From: Parachlamydiales bacterium
GTDB taxonomy: Bacteria; Chlamydiota; Chlamydiia; Chlamydiales; Rhabdochlamydiaceae
NCBI GenBank assembly: GCA_963705295.1
Contig: OY970065.1
Location: 1,536,001 to 1,600,000, forward strand
Direction: 5' to 3'
DNA length: 64,000 nucleotides
Program-made: the position numbers and the translations under genes
The notes under the pieces: generated by a model
The model's input: the letters and a program-made list of their open reading frames with translations, nothing else
The model's database searches: none
Told to the model about the DNA's origin: nothing
Shown here: positions 55,767-64,000 of the stretch, piece by piece
Layout: every line of letters begins with the position of its first letter
Position numbering within the stretch: position 1 is the first letter of the stretch

Positions 55767-57406
55767 TTATTTTGCTGGTCTCTACTCTTTTTTCTCTCGA
55801 TCGAGATCATGTCGCCTATCTGATCCATGCGCAAGACATCGAATCCTCGATCAACCTCTATGAAACCTATAAAAAAGAGCTTGGACACCACGATTTCGAG
55901 ATTTTGATCCAGCTGGCGACCCATATTCTGCAAGAAGGGATTCGGAGTCCCGACCTCACCATTCAGCTCTCCAGCCTGTATGGAACGGCCCTTGCCACCC
56001 TTTCATCCTCTTTTGACATTCTCGAGGAAGGGATCAAAAGTCAAAATTTTGAGACTCAGATGGCGGCGATTCAACTCCTTGCCCATCTCCAAGATGATCG
56101 GGGCGATGAACTCCTCACCAAGGCGATGGCCTCCCCTTTTCTCATGGCCCGGATCGAAGCCGGTTTCCATCTCGCTGAGCGAAAACATCGGAAAGCGACG
56201 GGACACATCGAAGCCCTCATGTACAAACTCCCCGAGGAGCTCTGGTTTTATTTTCCACAATTTTTTGCACTGATTGGAACCCAAGATTCGATGGAGATGT
56301 TGAAAAAATTGATGGAAGATCCGTTTTCAGTGACCCGTGTCGAAGCCATTCTCTGCGCGGCTCGGTTTGGAAGGGACGACCTTTTGCCCAAAATTCGTGC
56401 CCATGCCACCCATCTCCACCATGCAGAACAAGAAGCCGCTGCAACAGCACTGGGGCTGCTCAAAGATTCGAAATCGATCCCCCAACTTAAAACTTTAACC
56501 CAATCGACCTCCATCCCCGTAAAACTCGCAGCATATCGATCCCTTTATCTCCTCGGCGATACTCAGGCTCTTTTTCCGATCTTTGAACTGGCCAAACAAG
56601 CCGACATCTTTGCTATTTCCCTTTTAGGCGAACTCCCCGGAGGAGAAGACGTTTTAGCCTCTCTCTTGAAACATCCGAGTATCCACGTCCGGTTTAATGC
56701 AGCGTTCTCTCTCTTGCAGCGTCGGGACAGCCGCGCCGCATCTGCTATCGAAGAATTTCTTCTGCTCGACACCAAAGACCTCGGATATCAACCCCATTTT
56801 TCGATTGGACATTCGATCACCGCATGGAAAGTGGTTCCTTCCCTCCAACAAAACATGAAAAATGTCCACTTTGATTTGGAAGCCGTTTCACTGCAACTCC
56901 GTGAACAAATGTTGGCTGGATGCTTAGAACTTCCTGAAAAAGAATTTCTTTCGGTCACCGAAAAGGTTTTTCAGCACCACGAACTCGATCTTATCCCCCT
57001 TGTCGTCCAACTGCTGGAAAATCACAAAACTGAAGAAAGCCTCAAACTCCTCAAAAAACACGCCGACCATGCCGGCGTCCCCCTCATCCGGATGTATTGC
57101 ACACTCGCCCTCTTCCGTCTCAAACAAGACGGACCGTACGAAGCGAGACTCCGTTCATGGATCTCTCACGTACAAACCCATGAGATGGTTCGTTTCCGGA
57201 CCTCTCTCCCCTGGCATCTTCGAAAAAAGAACTCGACCCATGAGCTCAACCCCGAAGAAAGCACCCGCCTCCTCCTAGAATCGTACCAAGCCCTTTCAGA
57301 CCGACATGATGAAAAAGGAATCGAAATTCTCCTCCGTGGAATCAAAGAAGGGAATATCAAGAATCGGTATGCTTTAGCTGGTCTTTTGATCCACACGTTG
57401 CAGTGA
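55739..57406 (+). CDS. HEAT-repeat protein with N-terminal signal/anchor
   Basis: AATALGLLKD, VRFNAAFSLL HEAT-like repeats. Confidence 0.85.
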   Translation: MGFFQKLSLIILLVSTLFSLDRDHVAYLIHAQDIESSINLYETYKKELGHHDFEILIQLATHILQEGIRSPDLTIQLSSLYGTALATLSSSFDILEEGIKSQNFETQMAAIQLLAHLQDDRGDELLTKAMASPFLMARIEAGFHLAERKHRKATGHIEALMYKLPEELWFYFPQFFALIGTQDSMEMLKKLMEDPFSVTRVEAILCAARFGRDDLLPKIRAHATHLHHAEQEAAATALGLLKDSKSIPQLKTLTQSTSIPVKLAAYRSLYLLGDTQALFPIFELAKQADIFAISLLGELPGGEDVLASLLKHPSIHVRFNAAFSLLQRRDSRAASAIEEFLLLDTKDLGYQPHFSIGHSITAWKVVPSLQQNMKNVHFDLEAVSLQLREQMLAGCLELPEKEFLSVTEKVFQHHELDLIPLVVQLLENHKTEESLKLLKKHADHAGVPLIRMYCTLALFRLKQDGPYEARLRSWISHVQTHEMVRFRTSLPWHLRKKNSTHELNPEESTRLLLESYQALSDRHDEKGIEILLRGIKEGNIKNRYALAGLLIHTLQ

Positions 57407-58825
57407 TTCTAAAAGCTTGACGATTTCAGTATAATGCCCTGCTTTAGCGGCTAGAAGAGCTTCCGTTCTAATGCCTTCATGGAATGCATCAGGGCCAAGA
57501 AGGGGAAGAAGCAATTTAACACATTCTAAATGCCCACCAGCAGCTGCGGCAACAATAGAAGAAGCTAAGGGAAAAGTATGAGTAGCTTTGCTCAGAAAAA
57601 ATCGGAGCGCCTCCAGGTGCCCATTTCTTGCTGCTTGATCGAAAGCCTTATGAAACATTTGCACTGTATGAGAGTCTTTCAATAAAAGTGGAAGGAGATG
57701 AGCGTGTCCACATTCTGCTGCAAGAATTAATAATAGATCAACTTCCATTTCATTCATTTGAGGAAGTAATTTTTGCACGATGGGTAAGTGACCATTTTTC
57801 ACTGCATGCCTCATAGCCCTTGTGACAATACTATTATTGGGATGAGGGCAGTAGCGCAGCAAGAGCAAAAGATCGGAAATATCTCCTCTTGAAGCAACAA
57901 CAGAGAGAGCTTCTCCAAAATAATACTCCTCAAAAGGTTCTTTTTTTCCCTCTTCCAAAAGAATCTCAAAAATACGGCCTCCTTTTGTAGAAGCAAAAAT
58001 AAGTGCGTGTCCTCGGAAAAAGTGAGAAATATCTCGAGAAAGCAACTCCCTAGTTTTATCAAGGTCATTTGTTGTAATTGCACCGATGAGTGCCAATCCA
58101 CGATCAACCCCTTCTGATCTTTTCCGAAATAAACTCTCAAAAGTAGCCAGATCACCATTTGCAGCAGCAACTCTTGCAACCACCTGATAAGCCTCACCCA
58201 CAGATCCAAGGCTAAGAATGAAACCAATGACAGGCGGCGAGTTTGCCTCAACAATTGCTCTACTTCTCAAACTGATTGAAAGAGGCTCCAATGAATTCAA
58301 CCACTGAAGTGTAGGAAGATTTCCCGCTTTAGAGGCTTCTTTTGCACATCTTTCTCTAAAATCATCCTTCATTATGACATCTTTGAGAAGAATGCGCATC
58401 GTCCTTAAGTACCCTTTTTTCGCGGCCTCAAGCGCAATAGTTTCGTGTGAACGGAAATCACGCATAACCACCATAACTGCATGGAATCGTGATATGATCG
58501 ATGCCTTAGATAAGGCTTGCCTAAAAATTCTAACCAGGGTTGTCGACTGGGGATCCTCTGTTCGCCTCTTTGTCATTGTATGGATGCATTCTACCGTCTC
58601 TTGGAAGAAATTTCTGATAGCGGCTTTGGGGGTCTCTTCTATTTGGATTTCTACACTTCCTTTCACCTTTTTCCAATATTCTCTCCAATATTGGGACTCG
58701 GGATTCAAAGTGGCATTGTAAAAAGCTCGACAGCAAAATCCCATAGCTCTTAGTGAGTTTATATCGGGGACTAAAGCTCCGATTCTTTGGACCAGTTCTC
58801 TTGGAAGGGTTGTAATTAATGACAT
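57374..58825 (-). CDS. F-box + ankyrin repeat protein
   Basis: ITTLPRELVQRI..CRAFY; AAxxGHL repeats; paralogue of 60143-61561. Confidence 0.88.
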   Translation of the reverse strand: MSLITTLPRELVQRIGALVPDINSLRAMGFCCRAFYNATLNPESQYWREYWKKVKGSVEIQIEETPKAAIRNFFQETVECIHTMTKRRTEDPQSTTLVRIFRQALSKASIISRFHAVMVVMRDFRSHETIALEAAKKGYLRTMRILLKDVIMKDDFRERCAKEASKAGNLPTLQWLNSLEPLSISLRSRAIVEANSPPVIGFILSLGSVGEAYQVVARVAAANGDLATFESLFRKRSEGVDRGLALIGAITTNDLDKTRELLSRDISHFFRGHALIFASTKGGRIFEILLEEGKKEPFEEYYFGEALSVVASRGDISDLLLLLRYCPHPNNSIVTRAMRHAVKNGHLPIVQKLLPQMNEMEVDLLLILAAECGHAHLLPLLLKDSHTVQMFHKAFDQAARNGHLEALRFFLSKATHTFPLASSIVAAAAGGHLECVKLLLPLLGPDAFHEGIRTEALLAAKAGHYTEIVKLLESLQRVDQKTS

Positions 58826-58838
58826 TTTAATCCTGCCT

Positions 58839-60125
58839 TTACAAATTGTAGATGGGAGCTGAGGCTTTGGAGGTGAGTGAAGTCACCTGCAGCTCTTTGT
58901 CAAACCCAATGGTGTAGTCGATCGTGAATCGGGCGGTTTCCTTTTTATCGGAGGTTTTCATGGCAAGCGGTAGGATCAGCTTGATCGAATAAGTACCATC
59001 GTCGTTAAAGTACCGATAAATCTGCTGCTCACCGGCCGGCAAGGCTGCGAAGAGTTTGTTTAACGTTTCCATATAGGCCGGATCTTTTGCATGATTCAGA
59101 ACATCTTTTTTCAACAATGAGCCTGTATACATTGACGCGGAACACGACCGAATAAACCGCTTCATCTTTTCATTAAAAATCGCCCGTTTCTCGGCCCATG
59201 CAAGACATTCTTCAACAGACCATGTCGAGGCATCCGGCAGTGGCTTTTGTCGAGAGAGGCTGACAAGCTCTACAATACGGCCGGCAATGACTTTTTTGTC
59301 CAACAGAGTTCTCGCATCCAGCCGAAACAACTGCAGGGCATCATCAAAAGTAGCGATGTCCTCAGCCCATGCTTTACATTCTTCATAGGTCCATTCCTTT
59401 GTATCTGGAAGGGAAGTACGATCGCCCGAATATTTTTGAAAGAGAATCCAGATGGTCCTAAAACGGTCAGCAAGATCACCATGGTCAACTTTTGCTAAAA
59501 GCTGATCAGCATCTTTTCGAATGAGCTGAACGACTCTATTTCCCTCAAATATGCACGTTGAACCTCCGGTACGTAGCATCTCGCCAATGGAATCGACAAC
59601 TTTTGTCACATACCCATCGGCAGAAGGTTCCCCCAGCACAAGGCGGCTGATACACATCTTCAGCTCTCTTAGCATCAGCTTCCGCTCTTCGCTCGTGTCG
59701 TTCAATCTTTTAATGATCCCTTCCACCTCGTCCTTTTTCAAAAGGAGATCTACCTCAGTCATAAGACCACGAGATTTTTCCATGACTTGCAATTGCTTTA
59801 GCCGCTCTTCGACAGCAGATAAATAATCTTGACGCTTGGTTTGTTTCGAATCATTTTTGGTAATTTTGACAGTGATGAGCCCGCGACATCTTTCGTAGAA
59901 AGCGGTCATCATTTGTATCTCTTCCAGGGTCTCGTTTCCCCTCAGCACGGGTGGAGGAGAAAGTTTTTTCACCTCATCTTCAACCTTTCGCTCTTTTTCC
60001 TTCGCTTTTGGCGGGTCAAGAGGCTCAGAGAGACGTCGACCTATGGGTGACTGATCAGGGGGACCAAACGACATGCGCCTTTGGAGTTGTTGCGATAAAG
60101 CTTTTACATTTGTTGGAGAAGACAT
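58839..60125 (-). CDS. Hypothetical effector-like protein with internal repeat
   Basis: Ser/Pro-rich N-terminus; LPDxxxWxxEECxAWAE twice. Confidence 0.8.
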   Translation of the reverse strand: MSSPTNVKALSQQLQRRMSFGPPDQSPIGRRLSEPLDPPKAKEKERKVEDEVKKLSPPPVLRGNETLEEIQMMTAFYERCRGLITVKITKNDSKQTKRQDYLSAVEERLKQLQVMEKSRGLMTEVDLLLKKDEVEGIIKRLNDTSEERKLMLRELKMCISRLVLGEPSADGYVTKVVDSIGEMLRTGGSTCIFEGNRVVQLIRKDADQLLAKVDHGDLADRFRTIWILFQKYSGDRTSLPDTKEWTYEECKAWAEDIATFDDALQLFRLDARTLLDKKVIAGRIVELVSLSRQKPLPDASTWSVEECLAWAEKRAIFNEKMKRFIRSCSASMYTGSLLKKDVLNHAKDPAYMETLNKLFAALPAGEQQIYRYFNDDGTYSIKLILPLAMKTSDKKETARFTIDYTIGFDKELQVTSLTSKASAPIYNL

Positions 60126-60142
60126 AATTTACCTATGATTTA

Positions 60143-61561
60143 TTAGTTTAAAAGTTCGATGATTTCCTGATAATGCCCTGCTCTAGCGGCATCTAGAGCA
60201 GCTTGCCGTATTCTTTGGTGAATTTCGCCAGGGCCAAGAAGGGGGAGAAGCAATTTAACACATTCTAAATGCCCACCAGCAGCTGCAGCTTCAATATCAC
60301 ATGCAATCTGACACATATTGTGATTAGAAGCTTTGTCAAGAAGAAATCGGAGTACCTCGAGATGGCCATTTTTTGCTGCTCTAGTAATACCATGATGAAA
60401 GAAAGGCCCATTAGAGCGTGTGAATAAAAGTGGCAAGAGATGAGCATGTCCATGTTCTGCTGCCGAAGTTAATAAATGATCTAACATCATATTCTTTATT
60501 CGAAGAAGTATCTCCTGCGCGATCGGTAAGTGACCATTTTTCACCGCATCCCATATAGCCATCTCCATTTCGATTCCGTCATAAAATTCGCTCGGATGCC
60601 TATCTAACAAAAGCCGAAAGTCGGAAATATTTCCTCTTCTAGCAACAACAGACAATGCAATTCCATAGTAATACAGTTCAAAAGGTTTTTCCAAAAGAAT
60701 CTCTAAAATACGGCTTCCCACTTTAGAAGCAAAAATAAGAGCATATCCTTGGAAAAAGGGGGGAATACCTCCAGAAAGTAATTCCCTGGTTTTTTCAATA
60801 TCATTTGTTGAAACTGCAGCTATCAATTCCAACCCACGATGGATCGCATCGGGTCTTTTTTTCCGAAACAAACTCTGAAAGGTGGTTAGATCACCGTTCT
60901 CTGCAGCAAAACGTGCAACTTCCTTACGATCTTTAGGGGCCATAGGTTTAATGCTACGAATAAAGTCAACAACCGCCGAAGACCGTGCTTGACCTAATGC
61001 ACGACTTCTCAATCCGGATGAAAGTGGCTTTGATGCGTGCATCAACTGAAGTGTAGGAAGATTTCCCACATTAGCAGCTTCTGTTACAAAACTTTCTCTA
61101 AATTCGTCGGTCATTTGGACATCTTTGAGAAGGATACGCATCGTCCTTAAGTACCCTTTTTTCGCAGCCTCAAGCGCAACAGCTTCTCGTGAAATGAAAT
61201 CACAATCGACCTTCATAACTGCGTGGAATTGTGTTATGACCGTCTCTCTAGATAGAGCTTGCCTACACTCTCTCACGGCAGATTTCTCTTCGGTATCTTC
61301 GAATCTTCCCTTTGTTTTACCATGGATGCACTCCAATGTTTCTTGGAAAAACTTTTGGACAGCGGCTTTGGGAGTATCGTCTTCTAATTCGATGACTACA
61401 TCTCCTTTCACCTTTTTCCAATATTCTTTCCAATATTGAGATTCAGGATCCAACGTTGCATTATAAAAAGCTTTGCATGCAAGCCCCATAGCTCTTATAT
61501 CGGAGAGTCTTGCACCAATTCCTTGGAGTATTTCTAATGGCAATCCTGTAATTAATGACAT
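60143..61561 (-). CDS. F-box + ankyrin repeat protein
   Basis: ITGLPLEILQGI..CKAFY; shares ALEAAKKGYLRTMRILLKDV with 57374-58825. Confidence 0.88.
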   Translation of the reverse strand: MSLITGLPLEILQGIGARLSDIRAMGLACKAFYNATLDPESQYWKEYWKKVKGDVVIELEDDTPKAAVQKFFQETLECIHGKTKGRFEDTEEKSAVRECRQALSRETVITQFHAVMKVDCDFISREAVALEAAKKGYLRTMRILLKDVQMTDEFRESFVTEAANVGNLPTLQLMHASKPLSSGLRSRALGQARSSAVVDFIRSIKPMAPKDRKEVARFAAENGDLTTFQSLFRKKRPDAIHRGLELIAAVSTNDIEKTRELLSGGIPPFFQGYALIFASKVGSRILEILLEKPFELYYYGIALSVVARRGNISDFRLLLDRHPSEFYDGIEMEMAIWDAVKNGHLPIAQEILLRIKNMMLDHLLTSAAEHGHAHLLPLLFTRSNGPFFHHGITRAAKNGHLEVLRFLLDKASNHNMCQIACDIEAAAAGGHLECVKLLLPLLGPGEIHQRIRQAALDAARAGHYQEIIELLN

Positions 61562-61625
61562 ATTTAGAATGATATTATACTTTATTTTTAAAATAAAATG
61601 TTAATTAATTACAAACATTTAAAAA

Positions 61626-62852
61626 TTAAGAACTTAGAATCTTCTTAAAGACAATCGCTATGATAACTACCACAACGTGAAGGGCTAATGGAACTCTAGG
61701 AAGGGGCCGGGGAACCAGTGGACGGGCCTTTAAACTCATATGTTCTAGTAGGAGTCTTTCGAGACCTCGGTCTTTTTTTCTTCTTGCTATATCCAACGAA
61801 GGACCACCTACATCGATGATGGTTGGGTCGGCTCCGTGTGCTAAAAGAAGCCTTGCCATTGCCAGATGCCCCCTTCTGACTGCTCTATTCAAAGGAGATC
61901 TGATATCTATATCATCTCCTTCTCGGAGATGCTCTAGTAAAAGTTTCATGAGATCCATTTGCCCACGGGCGGCAGCGATTGCCAGGTCCTCATAATACCG
62001 ATTGTGTTGTCCACCTTGACGTAATATAAAAATGGCAAGGGCCTCATGTCCATTCTTAATAGCGACATCGAGCGGTGTTCCTTGTCCGTTGTAGTCGAGT
62101 TGCATTAATACGGGCGCAGCTTGAAGAAGTAAAGCAGCTAGGGCCACACTCCCCCCACGTTTACACAGCAAATGTAAAGGGGTTTCTCCGAACTGATTCC
62201 TAACCCAAGGCCTTCCACCCGAAGCTAATATTCTTTTGGCTAAATCCTCTACGAGAAAAGAATCTGCTCCATACTTTTTTCCTCTAAAACCTCTAAAAGA
62301 CGCGGGACAATCTCTTTTATGCAAAAACTGGAGGTGGTTTAGAGGTGAAATATGGGTTAAAGAACGGCACTCTTGGATATCTAGATGCTGCAAAGAGGTT
62401 GTTAAATTCAGGTGCTGCATCTCCCGACAAAAGGAAAGAGAAAGGGAAATTAAGTTCGGAGGAATGCGAAGATCTCGAAAGGAAGAAAACTCGATCCGAA
62501 GCTTTTTTAATGCTGTTAACTGCTCAAAAGTCGTATTTAGATCGCCGTCAAACCAAGCGATTGCTACAGACTCAACCTGTGTTATTTCGCTCCGGTTGAA
62601 TAAATCTAAAACCCGTGCAAAAGACCACCGATTAAGAATAAGATTTTTCATTCTGTAGTCTGTAAAACGGTTAAAAAAGGCAGAAAGCTGCGCATCGGTA
62701 ATGTCTGCCGGAAATTTCACATGGGGGGATGTTTTTCTCACGAGTGCAGCTATACGTCTACAGACGAGGGCCCAACATTTTCTAGAATCGGATGCTGCTA
62801 TAACAACCGATAAAATATCATTGGGCAATTGAAGGAGATGTGTAATTGTCAT
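61626..62852 (-). CDS. F-box + LRR + ankyrin protein with C-terminal tail anchor
   Basis: LLQLPNDIL..WALVCRR; LxxLxIxxC repeats; GETPLHL, SPLNRAV; LHVVVVIIAIVFKK tail. Confidence 0.88.
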   Translation of the reverse strand: MTITHLLQLPNDILSVVIAASDSRKCWALVCRRIAALVRKTSPHVKFPADITDAQLSAFFNRFTDYRMKNLILNRWSFARVLDLFNRSEITQVESVAIAWFDGDLNTTFEQLTALKKLRIEFSSFRDLRIPPNLISLSLSFCREMQHLNLTTSLQHLDIQECRSLTHISPLNHLQFLHKRDCPASFRGFRGKKYGADSFLVEDLAKRILASGGRPWVRNQFGETPLHLLCKRGGSVALAALLLQAAPVLMQLDYNGQGTPLDVAIKNGHEALAIFILRQGGQHNRYYEDLAIAAARGQMDLMKLLLEHLREGDDIDIRSPLNRAVRRGHLAMARLLLAHGADPTIIDVGGPSLDIARRKKDRGLERLLLEHMSLKARPLVPRPLPRVPLALHVVVVIIAIVFKKILSS

Positions 62853-62955
62853 TAGTGAATAATATAACAAAATAATTCAAATCATACAAACAATTGTAAA
62901 TATCTCATATTTAGACGATTGACCATTAGCGGAAAGTTCTGTATTCTTCCTCGGA

Positions 62956-64000
62956 ATGAAGCGTCTGCTTTTTTCAGTCACATTGGCTCTGTCTTGTGTC
63001 ATTGCTGAAGAGTACACAATCAATCTGAAAGATCCTGTCTTCACCAATGGTGTCCTTTCGACGGAGCAGGGCGGGGTGATATCGGGGTCGGATTTTAGGA
63101 TTCAAGCGCAGAAGATTGAATATGTGAATCGGGTTGAAAATGGGATGGCCATCAAGAAAATCACGGCTGAGGGTGATTTGCTGTTGGAGAAAAAGGGGCG
63201 GATTTTTGTCGGGAAGAAACTCGAGTACAATCTCGCTGAGAAAACAGGAAAGATGATCGATGGAAAAACCACGACCGATTATTGGTTTATCGGCGGCGAT
63301 GAGATCGAACTTTTGGCCGATGGAAGTTTTTGGATTTCGAATGCGTATCTAACGACGGTCGAAGGTGGAGAGCCTTGGTGGGAGCTGAGCTCGGGGCAAA
63401 TCGATGTCTCCGATCAAAGTGTGATGACGGCTAAGAACATCAAAATTAAGTTTTTTGAAGTGCCGGTCTTTTGGTTTCCGAAATTCAAGCTGAATCTCAA
63501 TTGGGGCAAGAAGGTTAAAGAATCAACCATCCGGTACAAGTTCATTTGGGATCAGATTCTGAAACAAAAAATATCCATGAGGTACGAACTCTACTCAAGT
63601 GAAACGTTCGATCTTTTTGGAAGATTCGATTACCGGTTCAAACGGGGTCCTGGAGCGGCGATCGAAACCGATTACCATCCCTTAAGTGGCCGAACATTTT
63701 TCCAGACAAAGAACTACGCAGCTTATGACAAAGTCGTCGATGATGAGCACGGAAATGAGCGGTACCGATTTCAAGGACTTTTGAATCACAAATCTCTCGA
63801 TGAGCGGACGAAAGTCCACATGAGTTATGACAAACTCAGCGACAATAAGATGCCGCAAGATTTTAAGAGCGATGATTTTGAACTGGGCACCCAAAAAAGA
63901 ACGATTCTCTGGGTCAAAAATCAGCAAGACAATTATCTCACCCGGTTTTCCGTGCAGCCTCGGATCAATTATTTCCAAAGCATCAACCAAGAACTCCCTT
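62956..64000 (+). CDS. lptD: LptD/OstA-like LPS assembly outer-membrane protein (3' truncated; absent from ORF track)
   Basis: Open to window end; signal peptide MKRLLFSVTLALSCVIA, INLKDPVFTNGVLSTEQGGVI, RIQAQKIEY, VPVFWFP. Confidence 0.75.
   Translation, partial: MKRLLFSVTLALSCVIAEEYTINLKDPVFTNGVLSTEQGGVISGSDFRIQAQKIEYVNRVENGMAIKKITAEGDLLLEKKGRIFVGKKLEYNLAEKTGKMIDGKTTTDYWFIGGDEIELLADGSFWISNAYLTTVEGGEPWWELSSGQIDVSDQSVMTAKNIKIKFFEVPVFWFPKFKLNLNWGKKVKESTIRYKFIWDQILKQKISMRYELYSSETFDLFGRFDYRFKRGPGAAIETDYHPLSGRTFFQTKNYAAYDKVVDDEHGNERYRFQGLLNHKSLDERTKVHMSYDKLSDNKMPQDFKSDDFELGTQKRTILWVKNQQDNYLTRFSVQPRINYFQSINQELP

Noticed and set aside
63682..63990. 102-aa minus-strand ORF at the window end
   Set aside because: Antisense to the lptD-like ORF, which is open to the window edge

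Overview
Chromosomal segment of an environmental chlamydia (phylum Chlamydiota, PVC superphylum). The assignment rests on the PVC small basic signature protein, the DUF502-holC-sp-ybeY-tlyC order, the DUF3604-maf-HEAT-lptD genes, yhhQ-tgt and an F-box expansion. Core blocks are folD, the rnr..tlyC operon, tRNA-Val/thrS-like/infC/rpmI/rplT/pheS, folC, nusB-murB, yhhQ-tgt, tdk, maf and lptD. Between them lie lineage-specific effector-like genes (five F-box proteins, an ankyrin-TPR protein, an Inc-like pair, a pseudokinase) and a ~12 kb accessory region of mostly exported enzymes next to tRNA-Ser. No integrase, transposase, reverse transcriptase or CRISPR array was seen. Main observations: (1) six non-autonomous palindromic elements with shared TATTA[A/G]C..G[T/C]TAATA ends, two interchangeable cores and compensatory arm changes, which bracket accessory genes and supply or abut stop codons; (2) accessory cassettes bounded by direct-repeat copies of the upstream gene's 3' end; (3) an intact but catalytically degenerate ThrRS paralogue at the ancestral thrS position; (4) a hairpin-rich repeat linked to tRNA-Ser; (5) an exported GMC oxidoreductase carrying a foreign inserted module. 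All family calls come from motif recognition by eye; no database searches were run.
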